This document shows, piece by piece, positions 1 through 7,988 of a stretch of DNA of 13,190 nucleotides. The translations under genes and the position numbers were made by a program. The stretch comes from Abditibacteriaceae bacterium. GTDB lineage: Bacteria; Armatimonadota; Abditibacteriia; Abditibacteriales; Abditibacteriaceae. The stretch covers positions 1 to 13,190 of the forward strand of contig JANMKN010000325.1 of assembly GCA_031372065.1 (NCBI GenBank), written 5' to 3'. The first letter of the stretch is position 1. The number at the start of each line of letters is the position of its first letter. Below the pieces are notes generated by a model, which saw nothing but the letters and a program-made list of their open reading frames with translations, was not told where the DNA came from and made no database searches.

Positions 1-1
1 G

Positions 2-895
2 TCGCTGGAAAATGCGGTGAAGGTCAAGAACAAATACCCGTATCTGGTAGATGACGCGGGCAATTGGGCCGAGCGCAAGGACGTTCGCAACGTGCGCGTC
101 ATGGTCGGACGCGGCGGCGGAATGCAGCTTTTCAACAACGAATGGATGACCGTCACCGGCAAAACGATGGGGCCGGAATATGGCATCGGCCATCCGTTGG
201 GCAACGCCATTGACGCGCCGGTGATGCTGCTCAAAAGCTGCATCGGCAATCGCAGTCTGGGTTGGGATCTCTTGCCGCCGGGCAGCGAGCGCTTTGAATT
301 TGAAGGCAAAGTTTACGCGGGCTACAAAGAGCGCCCCGATTCGTGGACGGAAGACGCGGCCAAAGGCAAGGCGACGGAGCCGCCCCCGTGGCTGGACAAA
401 GACGGCAAACCAATTGACTGGTATGCGGGTAAGCAATACGACGACGATGTCGCCAACGCCAAAAAAGTGCTGTCCGAACTCGACAAATACTATCCCGGCG
501 CCACCAAATACGAAGTCGCCGGTTTCTTCTTCTGGCAGGGCGAAAAGGACGGCGGAAACTCCGCCCACGCCGCTCGTTACGAGCAAAATCTCGTCGCGTT
601 CATCAAGCAGTTACGCAAGGAGTTCGATGCGCCGAATGCGAAATTCGTGCTGGCCACGCTGGGCGAAGCGACCAAAGGCAGCACCGGCAATGGCGGCAAA
701 GTTCTCGACGCGCAACTCGCCGTTGATGGCACGAGCGGCAAGTATCCAGAGTTCAAAGGCAACGTGGCCACGGTTTATGCCAACCCGCTGTCGTTAGGCG
801 GCAGCGGCAACAGCCACTACAACGGCAACGCCGAAACCTACATGAACGTGGGCGAAGCGATGGGCATCGCGATGGTCGAACTTTTGAAAAAGTAA
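2..895 (+). CDS. SASA/DUF303-type (SGNH-like) carbohydrate O-acetylesterase, 5'-truncated by the window edge
   Basis: The frame is open from base 2 (SLENAVKVK...) to TAA 893-895. It carries GPEYGIG, LLKSCIGNRSL, FFFWQGEKD and a C-terminal SHY, which fit the sialate O-acetylesterase (SASA) family. The GQSN block is not in the window and is presumably upstream. Confidence 0.8.
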   Translation, partial: SLENAVKVKNKYPYLVDDAGNWAERKDVRNVRVMVGRGGGMQLFNNEWMTVTGKTMGPEYGIGHPLGNAIDAPVMLLKSCIGNRSLGWDLLPPGSERFEFEGKVYAGYKERPDSWTEDAAKGKATEPPPWLDKDGKPIDWYAGKQYDDDVANAKKVLSELDKYYPGATKYEVAGFFFWQGEKDGGNSAHAARYEQNLVAFIKQLRKEFDAPNAKFVLATLGEATKGSTGNGGKVLDAQLAVDGTSGKYPEFKGNVATVYANPLSLGGSGNSHYNGNAETYMNVGEAMGIAMVELLKK

Positions 896-951
896 GTAGC
901 CGGACAGAGTTACTTTGGACCAAGAGCGAAGTGCGTCACGACGCTGGCTAC
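896..951. repeat. REP-like imperfect inverted repeat immediately after the esterase stop
   Basis: GTAGCCGG (896-903) pairs with CTGGCTAC (944-951), with one G.T pair. GTAG...CTAC ends are typical of REP elements. Only one copy is in the window. Confidence 0.3.
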
Positions 952-969
952 AATTCTTAGAGTCTGTGC

Positions 970-1470
970 TCAAACAGAGCGATAACGGAAAGGATGCTGT
1001 TTCGGCTTTGGGTCAAGTGAGTTGAGCATCTTGTGAATCATGGCCCACAGCAACCATGCACGACTGAGATGAGTGTGGCCTTCATAATCTTTGCTCAAAC
1101 GGCGATACCAGTTCATCCAGCCAAAACTGCGCTCAACTACCCATCGCTTGGGCAGAACCTCGAAGCCTTCGACGTCATCCGACCTTTTGATAATCTCAAC
1201 CGCAAAACCAAACTGCTTTTGCATCCGCTCCTGCCATTCTTGGCCCGCAAAGCCACCATCTGCCCAGACCTTCTCCAATGATGCACAGACCTCTTGGCCC
1301 TTCAAACACCAAAACACCTCTTGGGCACCGGCTCGTTCCGGCACACTGGCTGGCACGACGCTCACTTCTAACCAGTTCCCCATGGTGTCGCAGACCACAA
1401 AACGTTTACGCCCTGTCAGCCGTTTGGCCCCGTCAAAACCTCGTTGCAGCAGGCAAGAGGTCCCCCTTTT
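970..1470 (-). CDS. IS5-family transposase, C-terminal DDE portion, in the -1 frame relative to the N-terminal ORF
   Basis: Motifs RGFDGAKRLTGRKRFVVCDTMG, VWADGGF and LPKRWVVERSFGWMNWYRRLSKDYE. Homology switches frame near AAAAGGGGG (1470-1462). The TGA stop lies inside the left TIR. The fused product would be 281 aa. Confidence 0.88.
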   Translation of the reverse strand, partial: KRGTSCLLQRGFDGAKRLTGRKRFVVCDTMGNWLEVSVVPASVPERAGAQEVFWCLKGQEVCASLEKVWADGGFAGQEWQERMQKQFGFAVEIIKRSDDVEGFEVLPKRWVVERSFGWMNWYRRLSKDYEGHTHLSRAWLLWAMIHKMLNSLDPKPKQHPFRYRSV

Positions 1471-1814
1471 GCGACTGTCTTTACACTCTGGGAGTCCACA
1501 CTGGCCGCTGTGGTGGCCGCTGTGGGCTGCTCTTTTTTGCCCGCCGCCTGACGCACCTTCTCGCGCAAAGCAGCATGCATCTTGTCCAAAGTGCCGTTCC
1601 ATGCCCAGCGGTGGTAGCACGAGTTAACGGTGCTCCAGTTCGGGAAGTCATGGGGCAATTGCCTCCACTGACAACCGGTGCGCGCCACATAAAGAATCGC
1701 ATTCACGATCCGCCGCCGTGCAATCTGGGGTTTGCGTCCCGTTTTAGCTTCGACCAGAGAACGGATGTGCTCCCATTGCTCATCCGTCAGGTCACTTGCA
1801 TAAGCTTGTTCCAT
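1416..1814 (-). CDS. IS5-family transposase, N-terminal ORF (DUF4096-like), up to the DSQSVK motif
   Basis: YASDLTDEQWEHI, NAILYVARTGCQWRQLPHDFPNWSTV and VDSQSVKT are hallmark IS5 (IS427/IS1031) sequences. Confidence 0.9.
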   Translation of the reverse strand: MEQAYASDLTDEQWEHIRSLVEAKTGRKPQIARRRIVNAILYVARTGCQWRQLPHDFPNWSTVNSCYHRWAWNGTLDKMHAALREKVRQAAGKKEQPTAATTAASVDSQSVKTVAKGGPLACCNEVLTGPNG

Positions 1815-1870
1815 TAACCACAGTTTTGCTCAGAACTCTCTTTGAGCACAGACTCTTAGAAACAGTTTTC

Positions 1871-1950
1871 AGGACTTACGCAAAACCGTCTGGACGTAAA
1901 GCCAAATCGGAAGATGGAGCGCGTAAGCTCAAAATTCTCGCGTAAGTCCT
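1871..1950. repeat. 80-bp MITE-like element bounded by an 11-bp perfect inverted repeat
   Basis: AGGACTTACGC (1871-1881) and GCGTAAGTCCT (1940-1950). The flanks AGTTTT(C) and AAAACT extend the stem. An internal partial copy GCGTAAG lies at 1921-1927. No ORF. Confidence 0.55.
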
Positions 1951-1981
1951 AAAACTATTTTTCCAGGAAAGTCAAGAACAG

Positions 1982-3382
1982 ATGAAACTTACCATTATGC
2001 GTCCTCAAACTGTGCTGGCCCTCGCCGCGCTACATCTGGTGGTTCCACTCGCCGCGTTGCGCGCCGCTGACGCGCCGCGCTGCAACGTCCTGCTCATCAT
2101 GGCCGACGACCTGCGGCCCGCGATGGGCTGCTACGGTGACGCGCAGGCGAAGACCCCGCACCTCGACCGCCTCGCAGCGCGCGGCGTGCGCTTCGACCGT
2201 GCGTATGTGCAGTATCCCGTGTGCAACCCCAGCCGCGTCTCGATGCTCACGGGCACGCGCCCGGAGCGCAACGGCGTCACGGGCAACGGCACGTTCTTCC
2301 GCGAGGTCATGCCGGATATCGTCACGCTGCCGCAGCTCTTCCGGCAGCACAGCGCGACGGCGCTTTCCTTCGGGAAAATCTATCACGCGGGCCTCGTCGA
2401 AGGCGACACGGAGAACCGCTTCCTCGACAACGGCAAGTCGTGGGACGAGGCGAAGATGTTCCGCCCGACGAATCTCGGCAACACCGGCCCGCGCCGCAAT
2501 CTCACCGCCGGCAAACTCAAGTGGTGCGAAGTCGCCGACCTCGAAGGCGGCGACAACGACCAGTCCGACGGACAGACCGCGCAGCAGACCATCGCCGCGA
2601 TGGAGCGGCTTGCGGACAAGCCGTGGTTCATCGGTGCTGGCTTTCATCGTCCGCACGACCCGTTTGTCGTGGCGAAAAAATACGTCGCCCAGTTTCCCGC
2701 CAGCTCGCTGACGCTGCACCGCGACCCCGCCGACGCATCGCCGCTGTTCAAGCAGTCACTCGGCGGCGGCGCGTTCGAGGCCGCGTTCCAGCAGTTCGAC
2801 GACCGCGACCGGATGGATTTCCTCACGCACTACTACGCGGGCGTGACGCAGACCGACGCGCAAGTAGGCCGGCTCATGGACGCGATGGATCGCCTGAAGC
2901 TTTGGGACAAGACGGTGGTCATTTTCGTCGGCGACCACGGTTATCACCTCGGCGAGCGCGGCTGGTGGAACAAGAACACGCTCTTCGAGCGTTCGTGCCG
3001 CGCGCCGTTTCTGGTCGTCGCGCCCGGCGTGAAACCGGCCGTTTGCCAAAGCCTCGTCGAGTTCCTCGATATTTATCCCACTGTCGCCGGGCTGTGCGGG
3101 CTGCCCGTGCCCACGACAGTGAAAGGCAAAAGCCTTGAGCCGCTCCTCGCCGATCCGGCGAAGAAACTCCACGACTCCGCGCTCACTCACATCGTGCGCG
3201 GCGGCGGCGTCACCGGCTTCAGCCTGCGCACGGAGCGGTGGCGTTACATCGAGTGGAGCGACGGCAACGCCGAACTTTACGACCACGACAACGACCCCGG
3301 CGAGTGGCATAACGTCGCCGCCGCCCCCGCGAACGCCGCCACGCTCGCCGACCTGAAACGCCAACTCGCCGCCCGTCGCTGA
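1982..3382 (+). CDS. Secreted formylglycine-dependent (Cys-type) S1 sulfatase, iduronate-2-sulfatase-like
   Basis: Signal-peptide-like N-terminus, then NVLLIMADDLR, CNPSRVSMLTG (CxPxR), GKIYH, GFHRPHDPF, GDHGYHLGE...KNTLFE and ELYDHDNDPGEWHN. An alternative start at the second Met (MRPQ) is possible. Confidence 0.93.
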   Translation: MKLTIMRPQTVLALAALHLVVPLAALRAADAPRCNVLLIMADDLRPAMGCYGDAQAKTPHLDRLAARGVRFDRAYVQYPVCNPSRVSMLTGTRPERNGVTGNGTFFREVMPDIVTLPQLFRQHSATALSFGKIYHAGLVEGDTENRFLDNGKSWDEAKMFRPTNLGNTGPRRNLTAGKLKWCEVADLEGGDNDQSDGQTAQQTIAAMERLADKPWFIGAGFHRPHDPFVVAKKYVAQFPASSLTLHRDPADASPLFKQSLGGGAFEAAFQQFDDRDRMDFLTHYYAGVTQTDAQVGRLMDAMDRLKLWDKTVVIFVGDHGYHLGERGWWNKNTLFERSCRAPFLVVAPGVKPAVCQSLVEFLDIYPTVAGLCGLPVPTTVKGKSLEPLLADPAKKLHDSALTHIVRGGGVTGFSLRTERWRYIEWSDGNAELYDHDNDPGEWHNVAAAPANAATLADLKRQLAARR

Positions 3383-3391
3383 AACGAAGTC

Positions 3392-3600
3392 ATTAGTATC
3401 AAAACGCTGGGTCTGACGTTTCTATTGTCGGTGAAGCATTGGCTGGGTGCGTCGGAGGCGCCTGCAATCTGAGCCGATGCTCGCCCGTGGGGCACCGCGA
3501 ACGACGAGCAAAATTCCGCTGCCCACTGTGCTGACGCCGACACCAAAACTCTGCGTGTCTTTATCTTCGCGGGCCAATCTAATATGGTCAACGCACATTC
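3392..3600 (+). pseudogene. 5' remnant of a second SASA-type esterase
   Basis: Frame +2 reads ISIKTLGLTFLLSV...APAI*(TGA 3470-3472)...ADTKTLRVFIFAGQSNMV. The GQSNM catalytic-Ser block is at 3572-3586. Nothing esterase-like follows before the convergent gene ending at 3629. Confidence 0.65.
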
Positions 3601-3628
3601 CGCCGATTCCGCGAACGCCGCGCCGGAT

Positions 3629-5197
3629 TTAGCGCGGCGCTTGATTATCCGTGACGAAGGCGGGCGGCTGGCGCACGCGCGCCAGCGTGAACGAGACGTC
3701 GTCGTGCAGAATTTCCGCTTCGCCCGGAATCGGCACGGCCATCATCGCCGGTGGCATGGGGCCTAAAAAACCGCCCCGCCCGCCGCGCGGCATTCCCGGC
3801 GGGAGGATGGGCGTTTTGTTGTGCAGGAAAAGCACGGTGGCGTAGCGCTGCCAATGCGAGGCGCGCACGACGCGCGTCTGCGCGATGTGGGTGTGCAGCA
3901 GCCACGCCGTCCACCATTCGACGCCGTGCGAGGCCACGACCAACGTTCGCTCCGGCTGCGGGACGTATTTTCGCAGCGCGGCCAGTTCGTGCAGCGCGGT
4001 GGCGTCCAATACGGGTTCGCCGCCCATCCAAACGAGCGGCAGTCCAGGGCCGCACGCGACTAACACAGCGAAACCGGCCAGCGCACGCCGCGCCGCCTGG
4101 TGTTTAAGATGCGCCAGCGCAAAGGCGCCGCTCAGCGCGGCAGGCGCCACAGAAATCATGGCAAAGCGCATTTCTTTGTCGAGCGACATCCACGGGCCGG
4201 TCAGCGCCAGAGTGGTCAGCGCGCAGCCCGTCACGACGGCGAAGTCCGCCGCGTTCAACGACTCGCGCCGCCGCCACCCGATGATAAGCGCGGGCAGCGC
4301 CGGCAACGCGAAAATCGCGGCGGCTATCCAACTCAGGGCGTTGAAAGCGCCGCCCGGCGGGCCTTTCATGCCGCCGTCGTCGCCAAAAAATCCCGCCGGA
4401 TTGGAAAAGGCGCCCGCCAAACGATGCAGGCGCGCCGCGTCGAATTTCATCAGCACCAAAGCGACGAGCAGTGCGGTCAACGCCGCCGCGCCGAGCCACG
4501 GCAACAGACGGCGCGGCGCGACGTTTTTACGCAGCGCAAAAGCGCCGAGCGTCAGCGCGGTCAGCAGCAGCGCGCTGCCGAAAACGCCGATGTGCGTCAG
4601 CCCCGCCAGCGCCAAAAACAGCAGCACGGCAAAGCCGTGCCGCGCGCTGTGTTCTTCGAGCCACAAGGCGAGTGCGGCGATGAGCGCCGCCAGCCAGAGC
4701 AACGCCAGTGACTGCTTTTGAAAATCGCCGACGGAGATCAGCAACTGCCCGCCGAGCGACACGAAGGCCGCTGCCGCCAGCGCGATGCCGTTGCCGCGCT
4801 TTTGCTCTTTGCACCAGCGCGCCGCCACCCGATAGACCGGCCACGCCGCCAACGCGGGCAGCGTCGCGTCGGTGAGTTTCACGGCCAGCACAATCGCCGC
4901 GTTTTGCTCCATCATCGCGCCAAGCAGCTTCGCCAGCGCCGCGTGCAGCGTGAAAATTAGCGGCAAATCCGGCACGCCGAGCGCGCCCTTTTCGAGCAGC
5001 GAGCGCGCCTGCACCAAATAATAAGCGCCGTTGATGCCCGGAACGTAAGGCGTGCTAAAGAGCAGCCGCGCGCGGGCGACGATGGCGAAAAGTATCAAAA
5101 AACGCAGCAGGATGGACGAGACGGGCAAAGCTTCTTGAGGATGATTATTCGGTTTGAGGATGGTTATTCGGCCCCTTATGCGCTTTTCGACAAGCAT
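3629..5197 (-). CDS. Polytopic integral membrane protein, possibly GT-C (ArnT/PMT-like) fold; function unknown
   Basis: 522-aa ORF with GGAGG 4 nt before the ATG and many hydrophobic helices. The first loop reads PGINGAYYLVQARSLL...PDLPLIF. The soluble C-terminal domain has a Pro/Gly-rich insert. An alternative TTG start lies at 5128. Confidence 0.7.
   Translation of the reverse strand: MLVEKRIRGRITILKPNNHPQEALPVSSILLRFLILFAIVARARLLFSTPYVPGINGAYYLVQARSLLEKGALGVPDLPLIFTLHAALAKLLGAMMEQNAAIVLAVKLTDATLPALAAWPVYRVAARWCKEQKRGNGIALAAAAFVSLGGQLLISVGDFQKQSLALLWLAALIAALALWLEEHSARHGFAVLLFLALAGLTHIGVFGSALLLTALTLGAFALRKNVAPRRLLPWLGAAALTALLVALVLMKFDAARLHRLAGAFSNPAGFFGDDGGMKGPPGGAFNALSWIAAAIFALPALPALIIGWRRRESLNAADFAVVTGCALTTLALTGPWMSLDKEMRFAMISVAPAALSGAFALAHLKHQAARRALAGFAVLVACGPGLPLVWMGGEPVLDATALHELAALRKYVPQPERTLVVASHGVEWWTAWLLHTHIAQTRVVRASHWQRYATVLFLHNKTPILPPGMPRGGRGGFLGPMPPAMMAVPIPGEAEILHDDVSFTLARVRQPPAFVTDNQAPR
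5135..5171. repeat. Tandem direct repeat, 2 x 18 bp with 19-bp period
   Basis: TTGAGGATGATTATTCGG (5135-5152) and TTGAGGATGGTTATTCGG (5154-5171), 17/18 identical. Confidence 0.85.
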
Positions 5198-5338
5198 TCT
5201 ACCTCCATCTCGCCGACTACTGATTCAAGAGGTCTAATTCGGATGTCTCATGACGCAAATTCTTATAACGTCGTCGGCTTTTCCTTCATCAATTCGGTCA
5301 AGGAACTCTCAAGGCTTCAAAGTCAGCGAGTGCTATGT

Positions 5339-7972
5339 TCAACGCAGCGGGGAGATTTCGCGCTGCGTTTCCAAAAGCAGCGTTGTCTTGCCGCCTGTAT
5401 TGCGCGCAACGCGCAGGTTGGTCTTGCCGCTTTTCGACGGCGCGAAAGCAATGCTGTCCGTCTGCGCGCCCAACGAAACGCTCACCGCATCGCGCTTAGC
5501 ATTCCACACGGTCTGCGGCAACGCCTCGCCGTTGCGATAGGGAAACAGCAGCACCTTAAAATCGGGCGACACGGCGTCGGCGGGAATAATCAGACGACGA
5601 ATCGGCGCATATTTTTTGGGATCAGCGCTATTGGGCAGTTCCACGATCTGCGGCAGGATATCGCTTTGCGAATTACGATTCAAAACGCGCACTAGCAGCA
5701 TTGGTTGGCCAGTGGGAATAGCGCCGCCGGCGGGCACATTTGAGGGCAACGCTTCTTTGCCGCGCGGCTGCGTCTGGTTGGGGTCAGCGCCAGTCAACAG
5801 AATATCCATTTCGCGCTCGCCACGTTTTTCAATGCTGGCGATTTGAATGTCGTTTTCGAGAAGCAGCGTCCAGTCATAGTGATGCGCAACCTCGTCTTTC
5901 TGAATGTCATCCACCACGAGGGCGTAGGGTTTTTGTCCGCGCACGATGCCCGCCGTGCGAAAGGCGCGCTGCACCGGATAAAGCGGTTGGCGCACGTAGG
6001 GCGACAGGGCGCCTTTGGGTTTGACCCAGTGTTTGTATTCGAAAATCGGGCGGTCAAGGTAGGCAAAAGGCAATTTGGTCAAGGCGAAATCGTTAACCGT
6101 GTTCGGCTCCGGCTGCCAGCCGGCAGGGATCTCGACGGTGCCTTTGTTCACATCTTCGATGGTGTAGAACAGGCGATTCCTGTCCAAACGCTTCCAGTTC
6201 CAATCCCACGCATATTTGGCATCGCCCACGGCGAAGGTGGCCAGGGGCGCATCGGCAAACTCGACCATCCGTGCCGGCACCCATTCGTTTTGAGATTTGC
6301 CGTCAATGCTGACCACGCTGTTTTCAAACGTGCGGAAATTCGCATAGCCGTTGGGTGCCCAGATGCGTCCCGCGCCGGCCACCATAATCGCGTTGCGGTC
6401 GGCAAAAGGATGGCCGCCTGTCGCGCCGCGTGTGTGCAGATTCAGCATCAGCGCGTCTTTGTCCCAACTGCTGCGCGTCATCAGCAGCGAGCGCTCGCCG
6501 TCGAAAAACGTGTTGCCCAGATTGAATTTGGTGATGTCGTTGTTGGCGGGTTCAAAGTCACGCGCATAGACGGCGTAAAACAGCAGCGCGTTGAAATAGC
6601 CGTCGGGGCGATCAGGCACGTTTTCGTAATTCTCGCCGATGGCCTTGCGATAAAACCAATCCACCACTTTGTCATCGGGAAACATCACCTTGAAGCCCAG
6701 CGTGTCAGGCGAGGCGAAACCGCTGCGGCTGCCGCCCAGCAGGTCGTATTTATGAACGCCGGTCTGCATCGGGTTGACGCTGTGCGGCAGAAAATTGGTG
6801 GCATAGGCGCGCAGGTAAGGATGCCCGGCCAGATTCTCAAAGCCATACGCCTGCTGGCGCATGGCGAACATCAGCACGCCATCCATGCCGATCTGGCTCT
6901 TAGCTTCGCCCTCGAAGGTAGCGCCGGAAGCGAACCAGCCGTAGGTGAGCAGGTTGCGCCAGCCGCGATACATGCCGCGCACCTTCAAATCGTTAAAACC
7001 CGGTTCGCCTTCAATCGCCAGCACTTCGTTGAGCCAGTAACTAAATGTGGCCCAGTTGCTGCGCGACGATTCCGCCGTGTTAAAGGTGCCGTAGTTGTCT
7101 TGCGACCATGTGCCTGCCGCCAGCTCGTCGTGCAGTGCCGCTTTTTGTTCGGGCGTCAGCCAGTTGTAGATAAAGTCGTAAACATACGCCAGTTGAAAGC
7201 CGCCGACCGGCTGCGCAATGGGGTCGAAGGGCTTTTTGACCGCTTTTTCTCGCTCCGCATCGCGCTTGGCCTGGTCTATTTTCATCGCCGTAACGACGGC
7301 TTTGCCCAAATCTTTGGCGCCCGCTTCGTCGTTCTCCATCAAGCAGCGAAAGGCTTCGAGCGAGAAAACCTGCCAGTAAAATGGTGGAAAATCCGTCGCG
7401 GTGCCGTTTATCAGGCTGTTGTAAATTTTTGCCGCTTTCGGGTGCTTGTTGTAGGCGAAGCCCTTTTCGCGCGGCACGTTGAGGCGATAAAGCGGCACAC
7501 GACCATGCAGACCGCCAAATTGTCCTTTCCAGCGATCCGGCTGCGCGTAATCGGCTTTGTCATCGTAGCGGCCTTTCATCATCTCCGTCCACGACAAGAT
7601 GTTTTTCCACGCTTCTTGTCCGCAACGCGTGCTCTTCAAACGCGCGCGAATCTCCGGCACGTCACCGGGCGTAAAGCAGATGCGCGGATGCACGCCCGCC
7701 GCAGGCACCTGGCGCGGTGACGTAAAGCCAATTTTGGCAAGCGGCACCTCGCGCGAGCCGAAATCGTTGAGCGGCGCCTTCCCCCACAACATTCGCCCCG
7801 GCGTTCCATCTTCATTGGTGAAGTTGGAATACGAGCTGGCGCGCTTATCGGCGAAGGGTGAATCGGCAGGGGCAGGCGCTTTCCAATCCTGCGCGAAGGC
7901 GTTAGCCGCACTGAAAGAGAGCAGCAGGCCGCCCGCCGCCCAAAGCGTGGTATGCGAAAAAGTTGTTTTCAT
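5339..7972 (-). CDS. Secreted heparinase II/III-like (alpha/alpha toroid plus beta-sandwich) polysaccharide-lyase-like protein, paralog A
   Basis: 877 aa with a signal peptide ending AFA-Q. Motifs HPRICFT, LAYVYDFIYNWLTPEQK, SNW, FEGEAK, TRSSWDKDALMLNL, GHPFADRN, ENSVVSIDG and YALVVDDI appear in the order seen in heparinase II/III-domain proteins. Confidence 0.7.
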   Translation of the reverse strand: MKTTFSHTTLWAAGGLLLSFSAANAFAQDWKAPAPADSPFADKRASSYSNFTNEDGTPGRMLWGKAPLNDFGSREVPLAKIGFTSPRQVPAAGVHPRICFTPGDVPEIRARLKSTRCGQEAWKNILSWTEMMKGRYDDKADYAQPDRWKGQFGGLHGRVPLYRLNVPREKGFAYNKHPKAAKIYNSLINGTATDFPPFYWQVFSLEAFRCLMENDEAGAKDLGKAVVTAMKIDQAKRDAEREKAVKKPFDPIAQPVGGFQLAYVYDFIYNWLTPEQKAALHDELAAGTWSQDNYGTFNTAESSRSNWATFSYWLNEVLAIEGEPGFNDLKVRGMYRGWRNLLTYGWFASGATFEGEAKSQIGMDGVLMFAMRQQAYGFENLAGHPYLRAYATNFLPHSVNPMQTGVHKYDLLGGSRSGFASPDTLGFKVMFPDDKVVDWFYRKAIGENYENVPDRPDGYFNALLFYAVYARDFEPANNDITKFNLGNTFFDGERSLLMTRSSWDKDALMLNLHTRGATGGHPFADRNAIMVAGAGRIWAPNGYANFRTFENSVVSIDGKSQNEWVPARMVEFADAPLATFAVGDAKYAWDWNWKRLDRNRLFYTIEDVNKGTVEIPAGWQPEPNTVNDFALTKLPFAYLDRPIFEYKHWVKPKGALSPYVRQPLYPVQRAFRTAGIVRGQKPYALVVDDIQKDEVAHHYDWTLLLENDIQIASIEKRGEREMDILLTGADPNQTQPRGKEALPSNVPAGGAIPTGQPMLLVRVLNRNSQSDILPQIVELPNSADPKKYAPIRRLIIPADAVSPDFKVLLFPYRNGEALPQTVWNAKRDAVSVSLGAQTDSIAFAPSKSGKTNLRVARNTGGKTTLLLETQREISPLR

Positions 7973-7988
7973 CGTGGTTCCTGAGTCT

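Larger units (their letters stand above)
960..1855 (-). mobile_element. IS5-family insertion sequence (IS1031-like ends), complete, 896 bp
   Basis: Perfect 15-bp terminal inverted repeats GAGTCTGTGCTCAAA (960-974) and TTTGAGCACAGACTC (1841-1855), extendable to 19/20. A TTA direct repeat flanks both ends (957-959, 1856-1858). It encodes an IS5-type DDE transposase. Confidence 0.93.

Noticed and set aside
1532..1538. AAAAAAG run (minus strand) as the transposase frameshift site
   Set aside because: It is not in the A_AAA_AAG phase, and the conserved DSQSVK motif follows it in the unshifted frame, so a shift here would lose the first catalytic Asp.
3380..3472. TGA read-through or selenocysteine fusing the sulfatase to the in-frame GQSNM segment
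   Set aside because: The sulfatase C-terminus is already complete, two stops would need bypassing, and the esterase part is truncated anyway.
5150..5338. Possible gene fragments in the AT-richer gap (EFLDRIDEGKADDVIRI; STAS-like MLVEKRIRGRITILKP)
   Set aside because: Too short and too weak to assign without a search.
5843..7720. 625-aa plus-strand ORF, and similar long ORFs at 2030-2719, 2221-3138, 2756-3364, 3885-4721 and 5135-5695
   Set aside because: They are antisense or off-frame shadows of well-supported GC-rich genes and show no recognisable motifs.
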